Source: an uncultured Collinsella sp.
GTDB lineage: Bacteria; Actinomycetota; Coriobacteriia; Coriobacteriales; Coriobacteriaceae
NCBI GenBank assembly: GCA_949285915.1
Contig: CASDZW010000001.1
Location: 14,480-38,479 of the forward strand
DNA length: 24,000 nucleotides
Reading direction: 5' to 3'
The notes beneath the pieces were generated by a model. The model was not told the origin of the DNA. It worked only from the letters and a program-made list of their open reading frames with translations, and did not search any database. The position numbers and the translations under genes are program-made. This document shows positions 10,113 through 18,368 of the stretch, piece after piece; the stretch's first letter is position 1; every line of letters starts with the position of its first letter.

Positions 10113-11153
10113 TTGAGCGAGTATTCTGAAGACGTCTTTGAGGACGAGGTCGACTTCGGCCCCTTTGCCAACATGACCGATGACGAGATCGACGCCCTCG
10201 CCGAGGACGAGGGCGCCTCGGGCGAGATGTTCGGCATGGTGGCCGGTGACGTCCCCGAAGGGTTCCGTTCTGGTTTTGTGGCCCTCGTTGGCAGGCCCAA
10301 CGCCGGCAAGTCGACGCTGCTCAACGCCTGCTTGGGGGAGAAGGTCGCCATCACCTCGCCCGTTGCGCAGACGACGCGCCGTCGCATGAGGGGCGTCGTC
10401 AACCGCGAAGGGTGCCAGATCGTCTTCGTCGACACGCCCGGCCTCCACAAGCCGCAGGACTCGCTTGGCGGCGAGCTCAACCGCAGTGCGCTCGCAGAGC
10501 TTGCCGATGTTGATGTCGTCGCCTTTTTGATCGACGCCACCAAGCCCATCGGTACGGGCGACGCGTGGGTTGCTGAGCGCGTCAAGAAGTGCTCGGCAAC
10601 CAAGATCCTCGTGCTTACCAAGATCGACCTCGCCACGCCCGACCAGGTCACCGCGCAGCTCGCCGCCGCGCATGAGCTGATGGACTTCGATGACGAGCTC
10701 GTGGTTTCCTCCGTTGAGGGGTTCAACGTCGACACGTTCTGCTCTCTTGTGGAGAGCCACCTGCCCGAGGGCCCGCGCTGGTTCCCCACGGGTATGAAGA
10801 CCGACGAGTCCGACGAGATGCTCGTCGCCGAGTTCATCCGCGAGAAGGTCCTGCTCCTCACGCGCGAGGAGGTGCCCCACGCGGTGGGTGTCACCTGCGA
10901 CGAGATGGAGTTCAAGAAGGGGGGCTCGGTGCTTGCCCTCAAGGCGACGATTCTTGTGGAGCGCGAGGGCCAGAAGGGCATCATCATCGGCAAGCGCGGC
11001 GCCATGATCAAAAAGATCGGCTCCGAGGCGCGCCGCGACCTGGAGCGGATCTTCGACTGCCGCGTCTTTTTGGACCTCGAGGTACGCGTGCGCCCCAATT
11101 GGCGAAGCGATGTCCGCGAGATCCGCCGGCTCGGCTACGCTGCCGACGAGTAG
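10113..11153 (+). CDS. era: GTPase Era with an acidic N-terminal extension
   Basis: G1 GRPNAGKST, G3 DTPG, G4 TKID and a C-terminal KH domain. TTG start lies 5 nt after TAGGAG (10101-10106). The first 50 residues are extra relative to the usual Era start at FRSGFVA. Confidence 0.92.
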   Translation: MSEYSEDVFEDEVDFGPFANMTDDEIDALAEDEGASGEMFGMVAGDVPEGFRSGFVALVGRPNAGKSTLLNACLGEKVAITSPVAQTTRRRMRGVVNREGCQIVFVDTPGLHKPQDSLGGELNRSALAELADVDVVAFLIDATKPIGTGDAWVAERVKKCSATKILVLTKIDLATPDQVTAQLAAAHELMDFDDELVVSSVEGFNVDTFCSLVESHLPEGPRWFPTGMKTDESDEMLVAEFIREKVLLLTREEVPHAVGVTCDEMEFKKGGSVLALKATILVEREGQKGIIIGKRGAMIKKIGSEARRDLERIFDCRVFLDLEVRVRPNWRSDVREIRRLGYAADE

Positions 11154-11183
11154 CGTAGCTGCGGCCTTTGTTTGAGCGGCATC

Positions 11184-11942
11184 ATGGCGCAGGGGAGGAC
11201 ATATCGGTGCCGGGCCATCGTGCTCGATAAGACCAAGCTTGGCGAGAGCGATCTTATCCTGACGCTTCTTGCCGACGACGGCCGCCAGCTCCGCTCCGTG
11301 GCCAAGGGGGCGCGCAAACCTGGCAGCCGCCTGGCCGCCCGGTGCGACCTTTGCTGCGAGGTAGACCTTCTCATCGCCCGCGGGCGCAACCTCGATGTTG
11401 TCTCCCAGGCGGAGCTTCTCGCCGCCCCGCTGGGGGCGATGCCAAGCTATGAGCTACTCACCTCGGCGAGCGCCATCGTCGAGATCGCACGGCTCTGCTC
11501 CTTTGAAGACGCGCCCGACCCCTTTGTGTTTGCCATCACCGAGCGCGCGCTCAGCCTCTTGGGTGACGCCTCGCGGCAGCTCGATGGGGCGCATCGCGAT
11601 CTGATCGTTGCGGCGTACGCGATGAAGACCTTGGCGCACCTGGGGTACCGGCCCGATTTTGGCTCGTGCGTGCTTTGCGGGGACGAGGCCGTGAGCTACT
11701 TCTCCGCCGCAGCGGGAGGGCTTCTGTGCGCGTCCTGCGCCTCAAGTGTTGCCGGCGCCGAGGAACTCGACGCGGCGACCGTCGCGTGGCTGCGCGCATT
11801 GATGGCCCTCAGGTTCGACGAGCTCGCAGATGCCCCCATCGATGTTCAGACCGCCGCGCTTCTGCTCGCGCTCACGCATGCTTGGGCGGCTGTCCACCTC
11901 GACGCTCGTCTCAGGGCGTTGGAGTTCTTGCTGGGATGTTAA
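11184..11942 (+). CDS. recO: DNA repair protein RecO
   Basis: N-terminal OB-fold region YRCRAIVLDKTKLGESDLILTLL...RSVAKGARK and a Cys4 zinc motif CVLCG...CASC. The start is ambiguous: ATG 11184 is used here, TTG 11172 in the track. Neither has a clear SD. Confidence 0.86.
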   Translation: MAQGRTYRCRAIVLDKTKLGESDLILTLLADDGRQLRSVAKGARKPGSRLAARCDLCCEVDLLIARGRNLDVVSQAELLAAPLGAMPSYELLTSASAIVEIARLCSFEDAPDPFVFAITERALSLLGDASRQLDGAHRDLIVAAYAMKTLAHLGYRPDFGSCVLCGDEAVSYFSAAAGGLLCASCASSVAGAEELDAATVAWLRALMALRFDELADAPIDVQTAALLLALTHAWAAVHLDARLRALEFLLGC

Positions 11943-12093
11943 GCTCGGTAGTTCCTGTGGGTCTCGATTATCTGCGGCCAAAACATTGCCTGTGCGCGTT
12001 ACTATGTAAAGTTACTTTGTGCATCACTTATACGTTTTCGCAGGAAAACCTGCGTGTTCATACTTTGCGACTTGAAAGGAAACATACTTAGTC

Positions 12094-13761
12094 ATGGCAA
12101 AACAGAATCCGCCCCTTCGCATCATCCCGCTCGGCGGCCTCGATGGCATCGGCAAGAACATGACCGTGGTCGAGTGCGGGCCCGATATGGTGCTCGTCGA
12201 CGCCGGCCTTATGTTCCCCGATGACTCCCAGCCCGGCATCGACCTCGTGCTTCCGGACTACACCTACGTGCTTGAGAACGAGCAGAAGCTCCGCGGTATC
12301 GTGGTCACGCACGGCCACGAGGACCACACGGGTGCCCTGCCGTATCTTCTGCAGGACCTCAACAACAAGGTGCCCATCTTCTCGAGCAAGCTCACCCTGG
12401 GCTTTATCGAGGGAAAGCTCTCCGAGTTCCGCATCAAGGCGCCTAAGTTCCGTGAGGTCAAGGACGGCTCGCACATCTCGCTCGGCCAGATCTCGCTCGA
12501 CTTCTTCTCTATGACGCACTCCATCCCCGGAGCGCTCGGCGTCTATATCAAGACCCCGCAGGGCACCGTCATGCACACGGGCGACTTCAAGCTCGACCAG
12601 ACGCCCATCGACGGCGTGCGCCCCAACTACGCGGCCATCAGCCGCTTTGCCAAGCAGGGTATCGACCTTCTGCTCTCTGACTCGACCAACGCCACGGTCC
12701 CCGGTTTCACCAAGTCCGAGGCCGAGGTGGGCCCCTCGCTCTACGCCGCCATCAAGAACGCGCCCGGTCGCGTCTTTGTGGCGAGCTTCTCGAGCCATAT
12801 CCACCGCCTCCAGCAGATCTGCGATGCTGCTAAGCGCTGCGGCCGCAAGGTGGTTGTCACGGGCCGCTCCATGCTCACCAACACGCGCGTGGCGCGCGAG
12901 CTCGGTTACCTCAACATCGACGAGCAGGACCTCATCGACGCGTACGAGATCAACAACCTCCCCGAGGACAAGCTCGTTGTCATGTGCACCGGCTCCCAGG
13001 GAGAGCCGCTCTCGGCCCTCTCCCGAATGGCCAACGGCGAGCACAAGACGCTCTCCATCCACGACGGCGACACGGTTATCATCTCGGCCACGCCGGTTCC
13101 CGGTAACGAGAAGGCTGTCCAGCAGGTGATCAACAGCCTTGCTAAGATCGGTTGCGACGTCTACGACAAGAGCCGCACGCTCGTCCACGTCTCTGGCCAT
13201 GGCAGCCAGGAGGAGCTCAAGCTCATGCTCGCCATGGCGCGCCCGAGCTACTTCATGCCGGTCCACGGCGAGGCGGTGCATCTGCGCGCGCACGCCGCCC
13301 TCGGCCGCAAGATGGGCATCCCTGCGGACCACATCTTTATCCTCGACAACGGCGACACGCTCGAGATGCGCGGTGGGCAGGTCAAGCTCGGTACGCCCGT
13401 TGAGTCCGGCGTGGTCTACGTCGACGGCCTGCGCATTGGCGATACCGATCCCATCGTCTTGCGCGATCGCCAGAAGCTCGCCAACGACGGTATGGTGACG
13501 GCTGTTGCCATCGTGTCGCTCAAGCGCAAGAAGATCGATGCGGTCGAGTTCTCCAGCCGCGGCGTGTCGTTCACCATCGACGACGACTTTGCGCGCGACG
13601 CCCAGGAGGCCATCATCAAGGTCATCGAGAAGGGCAAGTTCAACTTCACCGCGAGCGGTACCGACGCGCTGCGCAAGGCCGTGCGCGACTCCGTCTCCAA
13701 CTTCATTTGGAACCGCACCAAGACCCGCCCGATGATCATTCCCGTGGTCATGGAGGTCTAG
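12094..13761 (+). CDS. rnj: Ribonuclease J
   Basis: 555-aa ORF with N-terminal LRIIPLGGLDGIGKNM, the metallo-beta-lactamase motif HGHEDHTG and beta-CASP plus C-terminal domains at RNase J length. Confidence 0.95.
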   Translation: MAKQNPPLRIIPLGGLDGIGKNMTVVECGPDMVLVDAGLMFPDDSQPGIDLVLPDYTYVLENEQKLRGIVVTHGHEDHTGALPYLLQDLNNKVPIFSSKLTLGFIEGKLSEFRIKAPKFREVKDGSHISLGQISLDFFSMTHSIPGALGVYIKTPQGTVMHTGDFKLDQTPIDGVRPNYAAISRFAKQGIDLLLSDSTNATVPGFTKSEAEVGPSLYAAIKNAPGRVFVASFSSHIHRLQQICDAAKRCGRKVVVTGRSMLTNTRVARELGYLNIDEQDLIDAYEINNLPEDKLVVMCTGSQGEPLSALSRMANGEHKTLSIHDGDTVIISATPVPGNEKAVQQVINSLAKIGCDVYDKSRTLVHVSGHGSQEELKLMLAMARPSYFMPVHGEAVHLRAHAALGRKMGIPADHIFILDNGDTLEMRGGQVKLGTPVESGVVYVDGLRIGDTDPIVLRDRQKLANDGMVTAVAIVSLKRKKIDAVEFSSRGVSFTIDDDFARDAQEAIIKVIEKGKFNFTASGTDALRKAVRDSVSNFIWNRTKTRPMIIPVVMEV

Positions 13762-13762
13762 C

Positions 13763-16489
13763 GTGGCCGATCGCAAGGGACAGAAGAAGACATCCCGCAA
13801 GGGCACGGCGGCGTCAAAGCAGGCGCCGGCGCGTCACCTGCGCGCCAACGATAGGCCTGCTGAGCCCGCTGAGCCCCTGTGGGACCGCTCCGCTGGGCGC
13901 GATATCGCCGGCGTGCTCATCGCGGTGGTCGCGGTGGCGTCGCTCATCGCGGTCGTGACCCCTGCCTCGGCACCGCTCACGAGCCTTCTTGCAGGGTTCT
14001 ACCATCTGGGGTTCGGCCTTGGCGGGTACCTTCTGCCGTTCGTCATCCTGGGCATCGCCGCGCTTGTGTTCCTGCGCAGCGAAGTGCGGATCCCCGGCCG
14101 CATCGTGGCGGGCTCCGTCATCGTGTTCGTGTCTGTGCTCGGGCTGCTTGTGCTCGCCATGACGCCGGACGACCTTGTGTGGGGCGTCACGGTGGGCGAG
14201 GAGGTGCTCGCGCGCAGCGGCGGTTACGTTGGGTACAGCATCGCTTCTGTGCTTACAGCTGCGTTTGGCAAGGCCATCGCCGCGGTGATCCTTGTGGGGA
14301 TCGGCATTGCCGGCGCCACGCTCGTGGGATTCTCAGTGAGCGCCCTTTTGGAGGCCGTTCACGGCAAGGCCGCACGCATCGCCGAGCGTCGCCGCGTGGC
14401 GGTGAACGACACCCCGTGGGGCGACGAGGCGCCCCAGAAGCCGTCTTTGGGCAAGCGCATCCGCTCCAAGGCGCCCTCGCGCGGCGGTCTTGCGGAGTCC
14501 GATTTCTCGCTCGATACGCAGAAGACCACGCTTATCGAGGATATCGACGATGAGGACGAGGACCCCTTTGTCGATATCTCCGACCAGCTTGCTGCCGAGC
14601 GTGCCGAGACCACGCTGATTCCTATCGAAGATACCTATGCGGGCGAGGGCTCCGCCAAGACGACGCTCATCGACCGTAGCCAGGCTCCTTCGTCTCGTAA
14701 GGCACGCACTGCCGAGGCTGCCGAGCGGTCGCAAAAGGCGTCCCCGTCCTCGTCGCAGCCGACTGAGTCGAAAGCGCCTGCCGCAACGACTTCTGCGGCG
14801 CCTACCACGCTTATCCCGCCTGCGCCCGAGGCGACGCCCATCCCCGATTTTCTGCTGCATCCCCGCGGCGCATCGGATGCCGTGGAGGGGAGCGCCGCCG
14901 CTGAGGCGCCCCAAAAGGCCGCCGCGCAGGCACCCGTTGCGGCGCCTGCCGCTGTGTCTCCCGCGTCAGCGGGCGCCGATAGCGAGCCCGCTGCGGAGGG
15001 GGAGCGCCAGCTGCCGCCCTCCTCGCTTCTGCGCCACAACCCGCAGTCCGCTAAGGCCGCGTCTTCTGACCAGGAGCTCGCGCAGACGGCCGAGTCCCTG
15101 CAGTCGACGCTTGCCGAGTTCGGCCTGCACTCGCGCGTCGTCGGTTGGATCTCCGGCCCCACTGTCACCACCTTTAAGGTCCAGCCCGGCGAAGGTGAGC
15201 GCGTCAGCCGTATCTCGAGCCTCGAGGACGACATCGCCCTCACGCTCGCGGCGCAGTCGGTGCGCATCTTCGCACCCATCCCGGGCACCTCGCTCGTGGG
15301 TATCGAGATTCCCAACCGCAAGCGCCAGAACGTCAACCTGGGCGACGTGCTTCCCTATGCCAAGGGCGGCCCCCTCGAGCTTGCCATCGGCCGCGACGCC
15401 GAGGGCCTGCCCATCGTGGCTGACCTCGCCAAGATGCCGCACCTGCTCATCGCCGGTACCACGGGCTCCGGTAAGTCGGTCATGATCAACTCCATCGTGG
15501 TGACGCTGCTCATGCGCACGCTGCCGGAGGATGTCCGCCTCATCATGGTCGACCCCAAGCGCGTTGAGCTCTCCGGCTACAACGGCCTTCCGCACCTCTA
15601 CATCCCGGTCGTGACCGAGCCCAAGCAGGCGGCGAGCGCGCTGCAGTGGGGCGTGTCCGAGATGGAGCGCCGTCTGAAGGTGTTCGAGCGCATCGGTGTC
15701 CGCAACATCGCCACCTTCAACGCCAAGCAGGCGGCAGGCGAGTTCGAGCACTACGACAACCCGCCCGCCAAGATGCCCTACCTCGTCATCATCATCGACG
15801 AGCTCTCCGACCTCATGATGGTCGCCGGTAAGGACGTCGAGGCATCCATCGTGCGCATCGCGCAGCTCGGCCGCGCCGCGGGCATCCACCTCATCGTGGC
15901 TACCCAGCGCCCGAGCTCCAACGTCGTGACCGGCCTCATCAAGGCCAACATCACCAACCGTATCGCCTTCAACGTGGCGACCGGTATCGACAGCCGCGTC
16001 ATCATCGACCAGATGGGTGCCGAGAAGCTCACGGGCTACGGAGACATGCTCTTCTCCAAGGTCGACTGGGGCAAGCCCAAGCGCATCCAGGGCTGCTTTG
16101 TCTCCGATGACGAGATCAACCAGATCACCGAGTTCGTCAAGAGCCAGGGCGAGGCGGAATACCACGAGGAGATTCTCTCGGCGGTTTCGCCCGCAACGGT
16201 CACCGGCGGCGGCTCGCACGAGCCGACCGAGGACGACCCCCTTATCTGGGAGGCCGCCCGCATCGTGGTGGAGTCCCAGCTCGGCTCAACTTCCGGTTTG
16301 CAGCGGCGCCTCAAGGTGGGTTATGCCCGTGCAGGCCGTATTATGGATATGCTTGAGGAAAAAGGCGTCGTCGGTCCGCCCGACGGCTCCAAGCCGCGCG
16401 AGGTCCTGCTCGACGAGGAGGGCCTGTCCGAGCTCGAGGCGCTCGAGGCCCGTATGGCCTCAGAAGACGCCGAGATGGGAGGGTTCTGA
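13763..16489 (+). CDS. ftsK: DNA translocase FtsK
   Basis: 908-aa ORF. N-terminal membrane domain of about 4 hydrophobic helices, then a long Pro/Ala/Ser/acidic linker. Motor domain with Walker A GTTGSGKS and Walker B LVIIIDE. C-terminal gamma winged helix LQRRLKVGYARAGRIMDMLEEKGVVG. Confidence 0.95.
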   Translation: MADRKGQKKTSRKGTAASKQAPARHLRANDRPAEPAEPLWDRSAGRDIAGVLIAVVAVASLIAVVTPASAPLTSLLAGFYHLGFGLGGYLLPFVILGIAALVFLRSEVRIPGRIVAGSVIVFVSVLGLLVLAMTPDDLVWGVTVGEEVLARSGGYVGYSIASVLTAAFGKAIAAVILVGIGIAGATLVGFSVSALLEAVHGKAARIAERRRVAVNDTPWGDEAPQKPSLGKRIRSKAPSRGGLAESDFSLDTQKTTLIEDIDDEDEDPFVDISDQLAAERAETTLIPIEDTYAGEGSAKTTLIDRSQAPSSRKARTAEAAERSQKASPSSSQPTESKAPAATTSAAPTTLIPPAPEATPIPDFLLHPRGASDAVEGSAAAEAPQKAAAQAPVAAPAAVSPASAGADSEPAAEGERQLPPSSLLRHNPQSAKAASSDQELAQTAESLQSTLAEFGLHSRVVGWISGPTVTTFKVQPGEGERVSRISSLEDDIALTLAAQSVRIFAPIPGTSLVGIEIPNRKRQNVNLGDVLPYAKGGPLELAIGRDAEGLPIVADLAKMPHLLIAGTTGSGKSVMINSIVVTLLMRTLPEDVRLIMVDPKRVELSGYNGLPHLYIPVVTEPKQAASALQWGVSEMERRLKVFERIGVRNIATFNAKQAAGEFEHYDNPPAKMPYLVIIIDELSDLMMVAGKDVEASIVRIAQLGRAAGIHLIVATQRPSSNVVTGLIKANITNRIAFNVATGIDSRVIIDQMGAEKLTGYGDMLFSKVDWGKPKRIQGCFVSDDEINQITEFVKSQGEAEYHEEILSAVSPATVTGGGSHEPTEDDPLIWEAARIVVESQLGSTSGLQRRLKVGYARAGRIMDMLEEKGVVGPPDGSKPREVLLDEEGLSELEALEARMASEDAEMGGF

Positions 16490-17817
16490 TGGCGCGATTC
16501 GGCGATATGCTCTACCAGCGCAGGCGCGAGATGGGGCTGACGATCCTTCAGGTCGCCAACACCATCAAGATTCGCCCGCAGATCATTGAGTTCTTTGAGA
16601 ACGGCGACTTCTCGTCCATGCCGCCGCGTGGCTACGCGCAGGGCATGATCTCGAGCTACGCCCGCTACCTCGGCTTGAACCCTCGTGAGGTGGTCGAGGC
16701 GTACTTTGACGACCTGCGCGCCTACGAGCAGGCGACCGATAACCACGGCGGCCGGTTCCAAGACGCCGCGGGACTCGTGAGCACGCGTTCCGCAAGCGCG
16801 ACGGGTCGTTTCATGATGGTCGACTCCGCGCCGCGCTCCCGCTATGCGCAGCGTCCGCCCCAGGCGGGCTATGTGTCCGAGCATGAATCCGGTCATGAGC
16901 CGCAGAGGGCGCGAAACCCCTATGCCAGGCGGTCTCCCTCTTCTCAGATGACGCAGCGCATCCCCGTCTTTGACGGTCAGGATGACGTTACGGCGCCTCG
17001 TGCGCCCCGCTCCTCTGCCGGCTATGAGCGCCGCTCGAGCGGTCGCGGGCCCGCGGCGGCCCGGAATAGGGGATACGCCTCTCAGGGCACCTACGATGGC
17101 CGTCGCATGTCCGGTCCCTCGTCTGAGCGCAGGGCTTCCGGTCGCGGTGTGCCCCCGCGTCGCGGTCGCGGCTCGTCGGGCCGTCCGAGCCCGAGCGGGC
17201 CGTCTTTTGACAACCGCCTTCTTCTGGGTCTCATCGCCGCGATCCTTGTAGCCATCGCCCTCATGGCGGTGCTTCTGGTACGTGGCTGCGCTCCTGCAGA
17301 GACTGATGACAAGGCCGGGTCCTCTGCCGTTACCGCAGAGACGGTCGCCCAGGCGCCCGAAGCGGATGAAGACGCCGATAGCACTGACGCGAACGATACC
17401 GATGAGGACGGCGACTCCTCTGATGAGACCGATCCCGCAACGGATCCGGAGGCGCAGACGCCCGAGGAGCCCCAACAGCTTGTCGTTAAAATCTCGGTCG
17501 CCGAGGGCGACAGCTCTTGGCTCGAGGTCCGTGTGGACGGGTCCATTGTTCTCGGCGACGAGGTGGTCGGTCCCTTCGAGCAGGAGTTCATCCCCCAGAG
17601 CAACATACGCATCACCGCCAACACGCCCGGTAGCGTCAAGGTGACGGAAAACGGCGAGGAGGTCCGTTGGGATACGAGCACCTCCGGCGTCGCCCGCATC
17701 AATCTCACCGCTCCCGAGACTCCCGCCACCCCCGCAACCACCGAGGGCGAGACCGGTGACGCTACGCAGGAGGGCACCGATGCCACAGGCGACGATAGCG
17801 CCGCCGCCACCCAGTAA
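16489..17817 (+). CDS. RodZ-like membrane protein (N-terminal HTH, one TM, C-terminal DUF4115-like domain)
   Basis: XRE-type HTH FGDMLYQRRREMGLTILQVANTIKIRPQIIEFFENGDF. Arg/Ser/Gly-rich disordered region. TM LLLGLIAAILVAIALMAVLLV. Asp/Glu-rich spacer. The C-terminal beta-rich block VVKISVAEGDSSWLEVRVDG...RITANTPGSVKVTENGEEV resembles the RodZ C-domain. ATG overlaps the ftsK stop (TGATG). Confidence 0.72.
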   Translation: MARFGDMLYQRRREMGLTILQVANTIKIRPQIIEFFENGDFSSMPPRGYAQGMISSYARYLGLNPREVVEAYFDDLRAYEQATDNHGGRFQDAAGLVSTRSASATGRFMMVDSAPRSRYAQRPPQAGYVSEHESGHEPQRARNPYARRSPSSQMTQRIPVFDGQDDVTAPRAPRSSAGYERRSSGRGPAAARNRGYASQGTYDGRRMSGPSSERRASGRGVPPRRGRGSSGRPSPSGPSFDNRLLLGLIAAILVAIALMAVLLVRGCAPAETDDKAGSSAVTAETVAQAPEADEDADSTDANDTDEDGDSSDETDPATDPEAQTPEEPQQLVVKISVAEGDSSWLEVRVDGSIVLGDEVVGPFEQEFIPQSNIRITANTPGSVKVTENGEEVRWDTSTSGVARINLTAPETPATPATTEGETGDATQEGTDATGDDSAAATQ

Positions 17818-17840
17818 TTCACGCCCAGGAAAGGACAATC

Positions 17841-18338
17841 ATGGCTAAGGATTCCAGTTTTGACGTTGTCTCCCAGGTAGACATGCAGGAGGTCGACAAC
17901 GCCTTCCAGCAGACCTCTCGTGAGATCACGCAGCGCTATGACCTCAAGGACTCCGGCGCGTCCATCGAACTCGCCAAGGCCGAGGCAACGTTCACCGTTC
18001 ATGCGCCCGCGGACTTTGTGTCCCGTCAGGTCATCGATATCCTTAACACCAAGCTCATCAAGCGCGGGGTCGACATCTCCGCCGTGCGCTGGGACGCTCC
18101 CCAGGCGGCGTCTGGCGGCACCGTGCGCGTCATCGGGCACATCGTCGAGGGCATCGACCAGCCGACCGCCAAGAAGATCAACAAGGACATCAAGGACCAG
18201 AAGCTCAAGGTCAAGGTCACCATCGAGTCCGACAAGCTTCGCGTGAGCTCTGCATCTAAGGACGCGCTCCAGGCGGTTATCCAGTTTTTGCGCGAGCAGG
18301 ACTACGGCCAGCCGCTCCAGTTCACGAACTACCGCTAA
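17841..18338 (+). CDS. yajQ: YajQ-family nucleotide-binding protein (UPF0234)
   Basis: 165-aa ORF. The N-terminus MAKDSSFDVVSQVDMQEVDNAFQQTSREITQRYDLKDS and the length are characteristic of YajQ. SD AGGAAAGGA lies upstream. Confidence 0.88.
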   Translation: MAKDSSFDVVSQVDMQEVDNAFQQTSREITQRYDLKDSGASIELAKAEATFTVHAPADFVSRQVIDILNTKLIKRGVDISAVRWDAPQAASGGTVRVIGHIVEGIDQPTAKKINKDIKDQKLKVKVTIESDKLRVSSASKDALQAVIQFLREQDYGQPLQFTNYR

Positions 18339-18368
18339 GAGACGATTGTGTCGAAAGGTGACGCCCCA

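Noticed and set aside
14637-15485. Off-frame + strand ORFs with Arg/Pro/Ser-rich products, for example 282 aa inside ftsK, 231 aa at 5970-6665 inside dnaJ and 224 aa at 13879-14553.
   Set aside because: These are alternative frames of well-supported genes. Their composition is typical of frame-shifted GC-rich sequence, and none has an SD or a conserved motif.
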